Assembly (NCBI GenBank): GCA_965203445.1
Contig: OZ241883.1
Coordinates: forward strand, 1,632,001 to 1,696,000
Length of the DNA stretch: 64,000 nt
Direction of reading: 5' to 3'
DNA from: Candidatus Oxydemutator sp.
GTDB taxonomy: Bacteria > Pseudomonadota > Gammaproteobacteria > Poriferisulfidales > Oxydemutatoraceae
Shown here: positions 29,706 to 39,352 of the stretch, piece by piece
Numbering within the stretch: position 1 is the stretch's first letter
How the letters are laid out: each line of letters begins with the position of its first letter
The notes under the pieces: model-generated
The model's database searches: none
Seen by the model: only the letters and a program-made list of their open reading frames with translations
What the model was told of the DNA's origin: nothing
Position numbers and translations under genes: made by a program

Positions 29706-30083
29706 GTGGCCAGCGACCACAAATTTTCCTCGATCACGTGTTCGGAGCTGATCAAAAGGATCGCCAACCGGCAGGGGCGCCTGAGCTACAAGGACGTAAA
29801 GATGGCGGTGCACGAGTCGCTCGATTACATGAGCGAGGCGCTGAGCCGCGGTGACAGAATCGAAGTACGGGGCTTCGGCAGCTTCGCGCTGCGCTTCCGC
29901 GAGCCGCGCATGACGCGCAACCCGAAAACGCGCCAGGTGGTCGCGGTTTCCGGCAGAAGCATTCCCCATTTCAAGCCGAGCAGCCTGCTCGCCGCCGGCG
30001 TCAACGAGAGCGCCGGCGACGCTTCGCCCGACGCGCGCGAAGGCGCCGAGCCGCGACGGACGCCCTGGGGCGAGCGCCCCTGA
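29706..30083 (+). CDS. ihfB: Integration host factor beta subunit
   Basis: RIEVRGFGSF..RNPKT..PHFKP; follows rpsA. Confidence 0.92.
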   Translation: MASDHKFSSITCSELIKRIANRQGRLSYKDVKMAVHESLDYMSEALSRGDRIEVRGFGSFALRFREPRMTRNPKTRQVVAVSGRSIPHFKPSSLLAAGVNESAGDASPDAREGAEPRRTPWGERP

Positions 30084-30100
30084 GGCGCCGGTGCGGCCGG

Positions 30101-31303
30101 ATGGACGCGGGCGTGTTCGAGTGGCTGTGGTTTCTGCTGCCGGTCGCGGCTTTCAGCGGCTGGTACATCGGTTCGCGCCAAGCCGCGGCCAAGCCCCGTC
30201 ATCACGCGGTGGCGCCGGAATACATCAAGGGCCTCAACTATATTCTCGAACAGCAGACCGGCAAGGCGATAGAGATTTTCATCAGGTTCTTCGAGGTCAA
30301 CCCGACGACGGTGGACACGCACATCATACTCGGCAACCTGTTTCGCCAGAAGGGCGAGATAGAAAAGGCCATACGCATCCATCACAACGTCGCGTCGCGC
30401 TCGCGCATCGGCGACGAGCACAAGACCGCGGCGTTGCTCGAACTGGGGCGCGATTACTTTAACGCCGGCCTGCTCGACAGCGCCGAAAAAATCTTCAAGG
30501 AACTGGTGTCGGTCGAGACGCGCGCGGCCGCGGTCGAGGGGTACCGCCGTCTGTTGACCTTGTACGAGGTGGAGAAGTCGTGGGATGACGCGATTCACTG
30601 CGCCCAATGGCTGGAACGCACCGGCACCGACGACTGTGGTTTGCGCATCGCCCACTATCACTGCGAGCTGGCCGAGAAGGCCATGGACCAACGGGATTAC
30701 AAGCGGGCCAGCCACCACCTGGGCCGCGCCGAGAAGCACGACAAGTCGCTGATTCGCGTGCCGATGGCGCGCGGCGACCTGGAGGCCGCGCGCGGCAACC
30801 GGCGCGGCGCGCTGCGCCACTATTCCAACGTGTTCGCCGCGCGTTCCGAATACGCCGGCGCGTTGCTGCCCAAGATACGCGAATGTTTCGTGCCGTATGA
30901 ACCGGGCGAGTTCGCCGATTACATCCGTTCCCTGAATTTGCGCGTGATGACCGTTTCGTACATCGTCGCCTACATGCACGCGCTGCTACAGGCGCGGCGC
31001 ACCGGCGAAGCCGAGCATTTTCTGCTGGAGCTGATCGGCGCCGAGCGCGCGCCGGTCTCGGCGCTCAAGATTTTTCTCGAGGACAAGATCAAGCACACCG
31101 GCTTGGCCGAGGACGAACTCGTGCAGCAGGTCATCAGCGGCCTGAGCCACGGCGAGGAGACCGGTTATTTCTACCAGTGTTCGGGTTGCGGCTTCGAGAC
31201 CTACCACGTGTACTGGCATTGTCCCAGCTGCCACGCCTGGGGCACCGCCAAGCCGCTGGACGTCATAGAAAGCCTGGCGCCCGCGAAAGCCACGTCCGGC
31301 TGA
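30101..31303 (+). CDS. lapB: LPS assembly protein B
   Basis: N-terminal TM, TPR repeats and C-terminal CxxCG..CPxC rubredoxin-like domain. Confidence 0.9.
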   Translation: MDAGVFEWLWFLLPVAAFSGWYIGSRQAAAKPRHHAVAPEYIKGLNYILEQQTGKAIEIFIRFFEVNPTTVDTHIILGNLFRQKGEIEKAIRIHHNVASRSRIGDEHKTAALLELGRDYFNAGLLDSAEKIFKELVSVETRAAAVEGYRRLLTLYEVEKSWDDAIHCAQWLERTGTDDCGLRIAHYHCELAEKAMDQRDYKRASHHLGRAEKHDKSLIRVPMARGDLEAARGNRRGALRHYSNVFAARSEYAGALLPKIRECFVPYEPGEFADYIRSLNLRVMTVSYIVAYMHALLQARRTGEAEHFLLELIGAERAPVSALKIFLEDKIKHTGLAEDELVQQVISGLSHGEETGYFYQCSGCGFETYHVYWHCPSCHAWGTAKPLDVIESLAPAKATSG

Positions 31304-31415
31304 AGCCCCGCTGTTCGTCGGCTCCACGCTACCGTTGGTCCGCCCGGCGCGCGCCGCCGGCCCGGGCGCGCGTTAACCTGGCGCCTCCTTTGAACTTCCA
31401 ACAAAAGGAGGAAAA

Positions 31416-31814
31416 ATGTATTCGTTCAAAATGAGTCTGATCGCCGCGCTCGCGTTGTTTTGCAACTGCGTCCACGCGGACGTCAACGTCAACACGGCGA
31501 CCGAGCAGCAGCTGATGGAGCAGCTGAAAAACATCGGCCCCGCCAAGGCCGCGGCCATCGTCGAGTATCGCGTCCGGCACGGGCGCTTCACCGACGTCGG
31601 GCAGCTGACCGAGGTGGGCGGCATCGGCCAAGCCACGCTCGAGATGAATCGGCACCTGCTGAACGTCGGCGACGACGCGCAGCCTGGCGCCGACGCGCAG
31701 CCTGGCGCCGACGCGCAGCCGGGCGACGCCGCACGCTTGGGTGGCGCCGCGGGCGCACCGCGGCACGCGCCCGATGCGGCGACCGGAGAAAAACCGGCCG
31801 CGGACGGGCGCTGA
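31416..31814 (+). CDS. ComEA-family helix-hairpin-helix DNA-binding protein
   Basis: Signal peptide; VNVNTAT..IGPAKAAAIVEYR..GRF..VGGIG; DAQPG x3 tail; AAGGAGG RBS. Confidence 0.88.
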   Translation: MYSFKMSLIAALALFCNCVHADVNVNTATEQQLMEQLKNIGPAKAAAIVEYRVRHGRFTDVGQLTEVGGIGQATLEMNRHLLNVGDDAQPGADAQPGADAQPGDAARLGGAAGAPRHAPDAATGEKPAADGR

Positions 31815-31832
31815 CGCGACCGGCTGGAAGGG

Positions 31833-31868
31833 GGGCGGGGCGCGATCCGCGCTCCGCCCGCCTTTTTC
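31833..31868 (+). terminator. Rho-independent terminator
   Basis: GC-rich stem (GGCGGGGCGCG / CGCGCTCCGCC, imperfect) followed by a T-tract after comEA. Confidence 0.65.
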
Positions 31869-31913
31869 GCGCGGCCCGTAGTAACGGCCGGCGCCGCCTC
31901 GGGCCGACGTTCT

Positions 31914-32000
31914 GGTAGTCCGCGCATGCGTGGAGAGGCATCGGCGGGGCAAGGAGTATTCGCTTGTGGCATACGGTAGTCCGCGCGTGCGTGGAGAGGC
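31914..32000 (+). CRISPR. Orphan CRISPR-like mini-array (2 repeats, 1 spacer), tentative
   Basis: GGTAGTCCGCGC(A/G)TGCGTGGAGAGGC at 31914-31939 and 31975-32000; 61-bp period; internal palindrome; no cas operon nearby. Confidence 0.35.
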
Positions 32001-32057
32001 GGCAAGTGCTACCATAGCGGTTTCGTTTTCGATGATCTCCTACCTCCGGATTATTCC

Positions 32058-32945
32058 ATGAGCGCGAACGGCGGCAAAGTGCGCAAGGCCGTGTTTCCGG
32101 TGGCTGGCCTGGGCAGCCGGTTTTTGCCGGTGACCAAGTCCAGCCCGAAGGAAATGCTGCCGATCGTGGACAAGCCGCTGATTCAGTACGCGGTCGAGGA
32201 AGCGATCGCGGCCGGCATCGAAGTGCTGATCTTCGTCAACAGCAAGAGCAAGAGAAGCATCGAGGATTATTTCGACGACGCGCGCGAGCTGCGCGAACAC
32301 CTGAGGGACAAGAACAAGCCCGAGCTGCTGGACAAAATCGCCGCCATCGTCCCGCCCGAGGCGTCGTGCGTAAATCTGCGCCAGCCGCACGCGAGCGGTT
32401 TGGGCGACGCGGTGCTGTGCGCCGAGTCGGTGATCCACGACGAGCCTTTTGCGGTGCTGCTGGCGGACGATCTGCTGCGCGCCGAGGGGCCTGGTTGTCT
32501 GGAGCAGTTGTTGCGCGTCTATGCGGACACGCGCGGCACGGTGCTGGCGCTGGAGGAAGTCGCCACCGATGCGACCGACCACTACGGCGTCATCGGCGGG
32601 ACGCGCGCCGGCGACGGCCTGTGGCGCGTCGAGCGGTTGGTCGAGAAGCCGCGCCCGGCCGAGGCGCCGAGCCGCATGGCCGTCATCGGCCGCTACGTGT
32701 TGCAGCCCGAGGTGTTCGATCACCTGAAGAACGTGCCGCCCGGCGTCGGCGGCGAGTTGCAGCTGACCGACGCGATCGCGAGACAGATAGGCTCGCAGCC
32801 GGTGCACGGCCTGGTCTATCGCGGGCGGCGCTACGATTGCGGCGACAAGCTCGGCTACCTGCGCGCCAACGTCGAGTACGCGCTCGAGCACCCCGACGTC
32901 GGCGACGATTTCCGCGCCTATCTGGCGAGTCTCGGGCGCGTTTAG
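32058..32945 (+). CDS. galU: UTP-glucose-1-phosphate uridylyltransferase
   Basis: KAVFPVAGLGSRFLP.TK..PKEMLP and GELQLTDAI motifs. Confidence 0.96.
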   Translation: MSANGGKVRKAVFPVAGLGSRFLPVTKSSPKEMLPIVDKPLIQYAVEEAIAAGIEVLIFVNSKSKRSIEDYFDDARELREHLRDKNKPELLDKIAAIVPPEASCVNLRQPHASGLGDAVLCAESVIHDEPFAVLLADDLLRAEGPGCLEQLLRVYADTRGTVLALEEVATDATDHYGVIGGTRAGDGLWRVERLVEKPRPAEAPSRMAVIGRYVLQPEVFDHLKNVPPGVGGELQLTDAIARQIGSQPVHGLVYRGRRYDCGDKLGYLRANVEYALEHPDVGDDFRAYLASLGRV

Positions 32946-34804
32946 GCGCGCGCCAGGAAGGCGCCGACGTTGCGGCTTATGCCGGCGGCGTCGAGTTGCG
33001 CCTCCGCCAGCTGCTGCTCGCGCGTGCCGTGCTCCTGAAAACGGTCCGGCAGCCCCAGATGCAGCACCTTGGCCGCGACGCCGGCGCGCGCCAGGCACTC
33101 GCTGACGGCGCCGCCGGCGCCGCCGTGCACCGTGTTGTCCTCGATGGTGACCAGGTGCCGATGGGTGGCCGCGACCTCGCGCAGCAGCGTCTCGTCCAAC
33201 GGCTTGACGAAGCGCATGTCCACGACGGTCGCGTCCCATTCCGCGGCCGCCGCCAACGCCGTCGCCACCGGGCTGCCGAAGCCGAGCAGCGCGACGTCGC
33301 GCCCGTGGCGCAGCGTCTTCGCCTTGCCGACGGCGATCGTGTCGAGATCGTCGCCGGGCGCGACGCCGGCGCCCGTGCCGCGCGGGTAGCGCACCGCGGC
33401 CGGCGCCTCGAGGGCCAGCGCGGTGGACAGCATGCGTCGCGTCGCGCGCTCGTCCATCGGCGTCATCACGACGACGTTCGGGAGGCAGCGCAGGTAGCTC
33501 AGGTCGAAGGCGCCGGCGTGGGTCGGGCCGTCGCCGCCGACGACGCCGGCGCGGTCTATCGCGAGCACGACCGGCAGCCCTTGCAGCGCGACGTCGTGTA
33601 TCAGCTGATCGTAGCCGCGCTGCAGAAAGGTGGAGTAGATCGCGACCACCGGGCGCAGGCCGGCGCAGGCCAGGCCCGCCGCCAGCGTCAGCGCGTGCTG
33701 CTCGGCGATGCCCACGTCGAAATACCGTCCCGGAAAACGCCGCTCGAACTCGACCAGCCCGGAACCTTCGCGCATCGCCGGCGTGATCGCGACTACGCGC
33801 GGGTCGCGCGCGGCCACGTCGCAGATCCAGCGCCCGAACACGCCGCTGTAGGTCGGTGCGTCGTCGGGTCGCGGTTCGCGCTTGCGCACGCCCGCTTTGG
33901 GCTCGAAGTTCGGCACCGCGTGGTAGCCGACCGGGTCGGCCTCGGCGCGCGCGTAGCCCTGGCCCTTGCGGGTGACGACGTGGAGCAGGCGCGGGCGCCG
34001 CATCTGCCTCATGTTCTCGAGCGTCTTCACCAGCGCCACGACGTTGTGGCCGTCCACCGGCCCGTAGTAGTGGACGTTGAGCTCCTCGAACAGCGTGCCC
34101 GGTACGATCAGGCCCTTGATGTGCTCCTTGGTGCGCCTTGCGAACTCGCTCACCGGCGGCAGCGGGCCCAGCAGCCTCTTGCCGCCGGCGACGACCTGGG
34201 TGTAGGCGCGACTCGACAGGATGCGCGTCAGATAGTTGCTCATCGCGCCGACGTTGGGCGAGATCGACATCTCGTTGTCGTTGAGCACGATCAGCACGTC
34301 GTCCTGGAGCGCGCCGAGATGGTTCATGGCCTCGTAGGCGAGGCCCGCGGTCATGCCGCCGTCGCCGATGATCGCGACCGCCTTGCGCCGCTCGCCCAGC
34401 AGGCGCAGGCCCGCGGCGACGCCGGTCGCGGCGCTGATCGAGGTGCTCGAGTGACCGACGCCGAAGACGTCGTACTCGCTTTCGGCGCGCGCCGGGAACG
34501 GCGCCAGGCCGCCTCGTTTGCGGATGCTCCCGAGCGCGCGCTTGCGTCCGGTCAGGATCTTGTGCGGATAACACTGGTGGCCCACGTCCCACACCAGCGC
34601 GTCGCGCGGGGCGTCGAACACGTAGTGCAGCGCCACCGTCAGCTCGACCGCGCCCAGGCCGGCCGCGAAATGTCCGCCGCTGCGCGCCACCGAATGCACC
34701 AGGTAGTCGCGCAGCTCGGCGCACAGGCGCGGCAGCTGCTCGCGCCGCAGCCGTTTCAGGTCGTGCGGATAGTCAATCGAATCGAGCAGCCGTGCGGTCG
34801 TCAT
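32942..34804 (-). CDS. dxs: 1-deoxy-D-xylulose-5-phosphate synthase
   Basis: WDVGHQ.YPHKILTGR, GDGGMTAG, GIAEQHA and DGPTH motifs. Confidence 0.97.
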   Translation of the reverse strand: MTTARLLDSIDYPHDLKRLRREQLPRLCAELRDYLVHSVARSGGHFAAGLGAVELTVALHYVFDAPRDALVWDVGHQCYPHKILTGRKRALGSIRKRGGLAPFPARAESEYDVFGVGHSSTSISAATGVAAGLRLLGERRKAVAIIGDGGMTAGLAYEAMNHLGALQDDVLIVLNDNEMSISPNVGAMSNYLTRILSSRAYTQVVAGGKRLLGPLPPVSEFARRTKEHIKGLIVPGTLFEELNVHYYGPVDGHNVVALVKTLENMRQMRRPRLLHVVTRKGQGYARAEADPVGYHAVPNFEPKAGVRKREPRPDDAPTYSGVFGRWICDVAARDPRVVAITPAMREGSGLVEFERRFPGRYFDVGIAEQHALTLAAGLACAGLRPVVAIYSTFLQRGYDQLIHDVALQGLPVVLAIDRAGVVGGDGPTHAGAFDLSYLRCLPNVVVMTPMDERATRRMLSTALALEAPAAVRYPRGTGAGVAPGDDLDTIAVGKAKTLRHGRDVALLGFGSPVATALAAAAEWDATVVDMRFVKPLDETLLREVAATHRHLVTIEDNTVHGGAGGAVSECLARAGVAAKVLHLGLPDRFQEHGTREQQLAEAQLDAAGISRNVGAFLARA

Positions 34805-34844
34805 TGTTCGGAAAAATGGCCGGGCAGCGTCGCGTCCGCGCGCG

Positions 34845-35726
34845 TCACGAGTCCCTCTCGGCGATGTAGCGCGTAAGGCGCCGCAAGGTATCGGCGCCGG
34901 TGCCGGTGCGTTCGAGCCGTCGCAGGCAGCGCGCGCCGAGCGCCGCCGCCGCGCGGCGCGCGCCGTCGACGCCGAGCACCGACGCATAGGTCGGCTTGCC
35001 GTTGCGCTGGTCCGAACCGCGCCGCCTGCCGAGGGCCGCGGTCGCGGTGTCGACGTCTATCAGATCGTCGCGGATCTGAAAGCACAGGCCGATGTCCGAG
35101 GCGTAGCCGCGCAGGCCGTCGCGCGTCTCTTGCGGCGCGCCGCCGCAGGCGAGCGTCATCGTCACGCACGCCGCCATCAGCGTGCCGGTCTTCAACCGAT
35201 GGATGTGCTCGACGTGGGCGACGTCGGCGGTCGAGCCGGTGGCCGCCACGTCCAGCGCCTGGCCGGCGGCCATGCCCGCCGGCCCGGCGGTGCCCGCCAG
35301 TATGCCGATGGCTTCTACTTTTTGCGTCGCGTCCAGGCACGGGTCGCGCGCCAGGCGCTCGAACGCCAGCGCCTGCATCGCGTCGCCGGCCAGGATGGCC
35401 ACGGCCTCGCCGAACGCCTTGTGGCACGCCGGCTTGCCGCGTCTTATATCGTCGTCGTCCATCGCCGGCAGGTCGTCGTGGATCAGCGAATAGCAGTGCA
35501 TCAATTCGATCGCGCAGGCCACGGCGTCGACGCGCGCGAAGTCCAGACCGATGGCCAGCGCCGTCGCGTACGTCAACGCCGGACGGATTCTCTTGCCTTC
35601 GCCGGTGCTCGCGTAGCGTATCGCTTGCGTCAGATCGCCGGCGGAGTATCTCTCGAGCTGTCTGCCGATGTCGCCGTCGACGCGGCTGGCGCAGTCCGTC
35701 AGAAAGGCGCCGACCTCAGGCGTCAT
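34845..35726 (-). CDS. ispA: Farnesyl diphosphate synthase
   Basis: GKRIRP, SLIHDDLPAMDDDD.RRG and FQIRDD motifs. Confidence 0.95.
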   Translation of the reverse strand: MTPEVGAFLTDCASRVDGDIGRQLERYSAGDLTQAIRYASTGEGKRIRPALTYATALAIGLDFARVDAVACAIELMHCYSLIHDDLPAMDDDDIRRGKPACHKAFGEAVAILAGDAMQALAFERLARDPCLDATQKVEAIGILAGTAGPAGMAAGQALDVAATGSTADVAHVEHIHRLKTGTLMAACVTMTLACGGAPQETRDGLRGYASDIGLCFQIRDDLIDVDTATAALGRRRGSDQRNGKPTYASVLGVDGARRAAAALGARCLRRLERTGTGADTLRRLTRYIAERDS

Positions 35727-35961
35727 GTTCGCCGTTTTGTTCGAGATCTTGCAGCGCCAGGCGCCCGTTTTTCTCCATCAGCACCTGCACGCGCTTGTCG
35801 GCGCGCGCGAGCGCGTCGCGGCAGTCCTTGACCAGCGCCACGCCGCGCTCGAACTGCTCGAGCGCCTGCTCCAGCGTCAGCTCGCCCGCCTCCAGGCGCG
35901 CGACGATTTGCTCCAGTTCGGCGACGGCTTGCTCGAAGTCCGGTTTGCTTTTTTGTGCCAC
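35716..35961 (-). CDS. xseB: Exodeoxyribonuclease VII small subunit
   Basis: FEQAVAELEQIV.RLE.GEL.LEQAL..FERG; xseB-ispA-dxs gene order. Confidence 0.94.
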   Translation of the reverse strand: MAQKSKPDFEQAVAELEQIVARLEAGELTLEQALEQFERGVALVKDCRDALARADKRVQVLMEKNGRLALQDLEQNGEHDA

Positions 35962-36103
35962 GTTATCGAAATTCTATTGTTTCGATGAGGATAACCCATT
36001 GATCGGCGTATTGTCAGTTCGCCGCCGAAAGCATATCATGTAAGGGGCGCGCGCGGCACAGGGGGTGCCGCCCGTCCCGTACTAGTTACCCAAGGGAGGA
36101 GAC

Positions 36104-36526
36104 ATGGCAGCACTAAAAGGCAGCAGCACCGAAAAGAACCTGAAGGATGCCTTCGCCGGCGAATCGCAGGCCAACCGCAGGTACTTGTATTTTGCCGCCA
36201 AGGCCGACGTCGAGGGCTACAACGACGTGTCCGCGGTGTTTCGCTCGACCGCGGAGGGCGAGACCGGTCACGCCCACGGCCACCTCGAGTATCTCGAGGA
36301 GTGCGGCGATCCGGCCACCGATCTGCCGATCGGCGGCACCGCCGACAACCTGAAAGCGGCGATAGCGGGCGAGACGCACGAGTACACCGACATGTATCCG
36401 GGCATGGCCAGGACCGCCCGCGACGAGGGTTTCGAGGAAGTCGCCGACTGGTTCGAGACGCTGGCCAAGGCCGAGCGTTCCCACGCGAACCGTTTCCAGA
36501 AAGCGCTCGACTCGCTCGACGGTTGA
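36104..36526 (+). CDS. Rubrerythrin (short type lacking the rubredoxin domain)
   Basis: AFAGESQANRRY, ETGH, GETHE and AERSH motifs; GGAGG RBS. Confidence 0.95.
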   Translation: MAALKGSSTEKNLKDAFAGESQANRRYLYFAAKADVEGYNDVSAVFRSTAEGETGHAHGHLEYLEECGDPATDLPIGGTADNLKAAIAGETHEYTDMYPGMARTARDEGFEEVADWFETLAKAERSHANRFQKALDSLDG

Positions 36527-36590
36527 CGTTGCCAGCGGGCGGCGCGCAACGCGCCGCCCGCCCGCGACCGACCCGCCACACCAACGTCCG

Positions 36591-37931
36591 ATGGCGTCGC
36601 CTCCCGAACGGGAAGGAAGCTGCAAGGCGCCGACGCGCCACCCGATAGCTTGGCGCGACCCCGATTATTACGACGAGCAGGCGCTCAACCGCGAGCTGGC
36701 GAGAGTCTTCGACGTCTGTCACGGCTGCCGCCGCTGCGTCAACCTGTGCGGCGCGTTCCCGACCTTGTTCGACCTCGTTGATGAATCGCAGACGATGGAG
36801 GTGGACGGCGTCGCCGCCGAGGACTACGTCAAGGTCGTGGACCACTGCTATCTGTGCGACCTGTGTTTCATGAGCAAATGCCCGTACGTGCCGCCGCACG
36901 AGTGGAACGTGGATTTTCCGCACCTGATGCTGCGCGCGAAGGCGGTCAAGTTCCGCGGCGGGCGCGCGCCCTGGCGCGACCGCGTGATGACCTCGACCGA
37001 CGCCGTCGGCAGGCTGGCCGCGATCCCGGTCGTCCACCGCGCCGTCAACGCGGCGCTCGCCAACGAGACGGTGCGCGCCGGCCTCGAGCGCGGCTTGGGC
37101 GTCTCGGCCAAGGCGCGTCTGCCGCGCTACCGGGCGAAGCCGCTCTCGGCGGAGCTGGCGAAGCGCGCGCCGCCGCCGCCGCGGGCGCGACCGGCGGGCG
37201 CCACCTCGGGCAAGGTCGCGCTGTTTGTGACCTGCTACTGCGACTACAACGAGGCCGACGCGGCCAACGACCTGCTGGCGGTGTTCGAGCACAACGGTAT
37301 CGCGTGCACGCCGCTGAGCGACGCGCGTTGCTGCGGTATGCCCAAGCTCGAGCTGGGCGATCTCGACGCCGTGTGCGCGATGAAGGAAGCCAACGCGCCG
37401 TTGCTTGCCGACCACGTCGCGCGCGGCTACGACGTGGTTGCGCCGGTGCCGTCGTGCACGCTGATGTTCCGCCAGGAACTGCCGTTGATGTTTCCCGAGG
37501 ACGAGGACCTGCGGGCGCTCGCCGGGCGTATTTTCGATCCGTGCGAGTACTTGTGGCTGCGCTACAAGAGCGACGCGCTGAACCTCGATTTCAAGCAGCC
37601 GCTGGGGCGGGTGCTTTACCACGCCGCCTGTCACCAGCGCGTGCAGAACGTCGGCCCGAAGACGCGCGATCTGCTGTCGCTGGTGCCGGACACCGAGGTC
37701 GAGACCGTCGAGCGCTGCTCCGGGCACGACGGCGTCTATGCGATGCGCGCCGAGGCGCGCGCGACGGCGCTCAAGATCGCGCGCCCGGTCGCGCGCAAGC
37801 TCGACGCCGCGCACCCGGATTATTTCACCAGCGATTGCGCGTTGGCCGGCCACCACGTCGCCGACGTCGCCGCCGGCGAGTTTCGCGCGCGCGCTCCCTT
37901 GAGCCTGTTGCGCGTCGCCTACGCGATCTGA
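36591..37931 (+). CDS. Rubrerythrin-associated Fe-S oxidoreductase (GlpC/HdrD-like)
   Basis: CHGCRRCVNLC, CYLCDLC...CP and CCG motifs. Confidence 0.9.
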   Translation: MASPPEREGSCKAPTRHPIAWRDPDYYDEQALNRELARVFDVCHGCRRCVNLCGAFPTLFDLVDESQTMEVDGVAAEDYVKVVDHCYLCDLCFMSKCPYVPPHEWNVDFPHLMLRAKAVKFRGGRAPWRDRVMTSTDAVGRLAAIPVVHRAVNAALANETVRAGLERGLGVSAKARLPRYRAKPLSAELAKRAPPPPRARPAGATSGKVALFVTCYCDYNEADAANDLLAVFEHNGIACTPLSDARCCGMPKLELGDLDAVCAMKEANAPLLADHVARGYDVVAPVPSCTLMFRQELPLMFPEDEDLRALAGRIFDPCEYLWLRYKSDALNLDFKQPLGRVLYHAACHQRVQNVGPKTRDLLSLVPDTEVETVERCSGHDGVYAMRAEARATALKIARPVARKLDAAHPDYFTSDCALAGHHVADVAAGEFRARAPLSLLRVAYAI

Positions 37932-37939
37932 CGTCGGCG

Positions 37940-38521
37940 ATGCGCAAGCTGCGGCGCTTGGATCTGCACGGTCTCGAGGAATACGCCGCCGCGCGCGACG
38001 AGTTTCGCGCGCGCGTCATCGCCCACAAGAAGCACCGCGTCGTCGCCGTCGGCGATCACGTGACGCTGCATTTCGAGGATCGTCTTACGATGCACTACCA
38101 GGTGCAGGAGATGCTGCGCGCCGAGAAAATTTTCGAGGCCGCGGCCATCGAGGAGGAGCTCGCCGCCTACAATCCGCTGATACCCGACGGCGCCAACTGG
38201 AAGGCGACGATGATGATCGAGTATCCCGACCGCGCGCACCGCGTCGCGCGTCTGCGCGCGCTGGTCGGCATAGACCGCGCCACCTGGATGCGCGTCGGGA
38301 AACACGCGGCGGTGGCGGCCATATCGAACGAGGACCTGGAGCGCGAGACGCCGGACAAGACGTCCGCGGTGCACTTTCTGCGTTTCGAGCTGACGCCCGA
38401 AATGGTCGCCGACGCCAGGCAGGGCGCCGCCATCGAGGCCGGCGTCTCGCACGCAAACTACACGGCGACGACGCGCTTGAGCGCGGCGGCGTGCCGGTCG
38501 CTGGCGGCCGATCTGGAATAA
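37940..38521 (+). CDS. DUF3501 family protein
   Basis: HFEDR..QVQEMLRAE..YNPLIP..KTSAVHFLRF; expected third gene of the rubrerythrin cluster. Confidence 0.88.
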   Translation: MRKLRRLDLHGLEEYAAARDEFRARVIAHKKHRVVAVGDHVTLHFEDRLTMHYQVQEMLRAEKIFEAAAIEEELAAYNPLIPDGANWKATMMIEYPDRAHRVARLRALVGIDRATWMRVGKHAAVAAISNEDLERETPDKTSAVHFLRFELTPEMVADARQGAAIEAGVSHANYTATTRLSAAACRSLAADLE

Positions 38522-38523
38522 CG

Positions 38524-38550
38524 AACCCCTCTCCCTCTGGGAAAGGGGTT
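38524..38550. repeat. REP-like palindrome / possible bidirectional terminator
   Basis: AACCCCTCTCCC-TCT-GGGAAAGGGGTT; degenerate relative at 39314-39335. Confidence 0.55.
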
Positions 38551-38615
38551 CAGGGGGAGCTTGCCACGGGCCACGTGGCGCTTGTTCTTGCCCTTGCTTT
38601 CAGCCGACAACGCCT

Positions 38616-39182
38616 TCAGCCGGCAATGGGCGTGCCGAAAAACGCCGCGAACAGCGCCACGATGATGGCGACCGTCGAAAAGCCCATGGAAAACGCCATG
38701 TACTTCAGGTTCGTGCCCAGCTTCTCGGTGAGCTCGCCCCGGAGAAGCGCTATTTGCGCGTTGGTACGTTCCACTTGCGCGTCGTGGGAAGCTTTGAGTT
38801 CGACCAAGCCGGCCTTGACTTCCAAAATCTGCGCCCTCAGATCGGCCAGTTCATTCCTGGTCGCCGTATGCTGCGCGTCAACGTGCGCCCTCAGATCGGC
38901 CAGTTCATTCCTGATCGCCGTATGCTGCGCGTCGACGTGCGCTCTCAGTTCGGCCAGTTCGGCCTTGGTCGCCATATGGGTCGCCACGTGCTGCCTGAGA
39001 TCGGCCAATTCGGCCCTGATCGCCAGCAGCTGCGCGTCGACTTCGGCCTTGGTCGCCAGATGCTGTACAGCCTCGGCAACCGAATCGCGCACCAGTTTTG
39101 TCAGGGCCTCGGCCTGCCTTCGGCTCATGCCGGTGCTCTCCAGGTTATGAACGTTGTCTATCACGTTGCTTGTCTGGCGCAT
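38616..39182 (-). CDS. DUF1640/CCDC90-like membrane-anchored coiled-coil protein
   Basis: LE.TGMSRRQAEAL head, LATKAE/MATKAE motifs, 18-aa repeats, C-terminal TM; AAGGAGG RBS before ATG 39182. Confidence 0.8.
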   Translation of the reverse strand: MRQTSNVIDNVHNLESTGMSRRQAEALTKLVRDSVAEAVQHLATKAEVDAQLLAIRAELADLRQHVATHMATKAELAELRAHVDAQHTAIRNELADLRAHVDAQHTATRNELADLRAQILEVKAGLVELKASHDAQVERTNAQIALLRGELTEKLGTNLKYMAFSMGFSTVAIIVALFAAFFGTPIAG

Positions 39183-39290
39183 CGCCGTTCCTCCTTTTCG
39201 GATTGAAAAGGATCGTTGTAACGCGCCTCCAGAGCATAGCAGGGATTTATCAGATAAGCGGTGCCATATGGCCGACAAATGACTTTTTCC

Positions 39291-39300
39291 GACGAACGGT
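39291..39300 (-). promoter_or_regulatory. AlgR/LytTR-like box ACCGTTCGTC
   Basis: Exact match 108 bp upstream of ATG 39182. Confidence 0.5.
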
Positions 39301-39352
39301 ACTCATGGAAGTTCCCCTCGCATGACGGGAGAGGGTGGCCGCAGCCTTGCTT

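Noticed and set aside
31675-31730. 18-bp repeats in the comEA tail and short repeats at 8352-8380
   Set aside because: Low-complexity linker or intergenic slippage with no further structure.
32040-34876. Very long overlapping ORFs (e.g. 32040-34724, 32366-34876; also 27411-29969 and 61252-63879)
   Set aside because: Arg/Ala/Gly-rich shadow frames typical of high-GC DNA, overlapping well-supported genes.
35985-36005. Possible Fur/PerR box upstream of rubrerythrin (GATAACCCATTGATC)
   Set aside because: Too weak a match to support from the sequence alone.
36104-38521. Rubrerythrin-Fe-S oxidoreductase-DUF3501 cluster as a novel system
   Set aside because: An already described, conserved oxidative-stress cluster.
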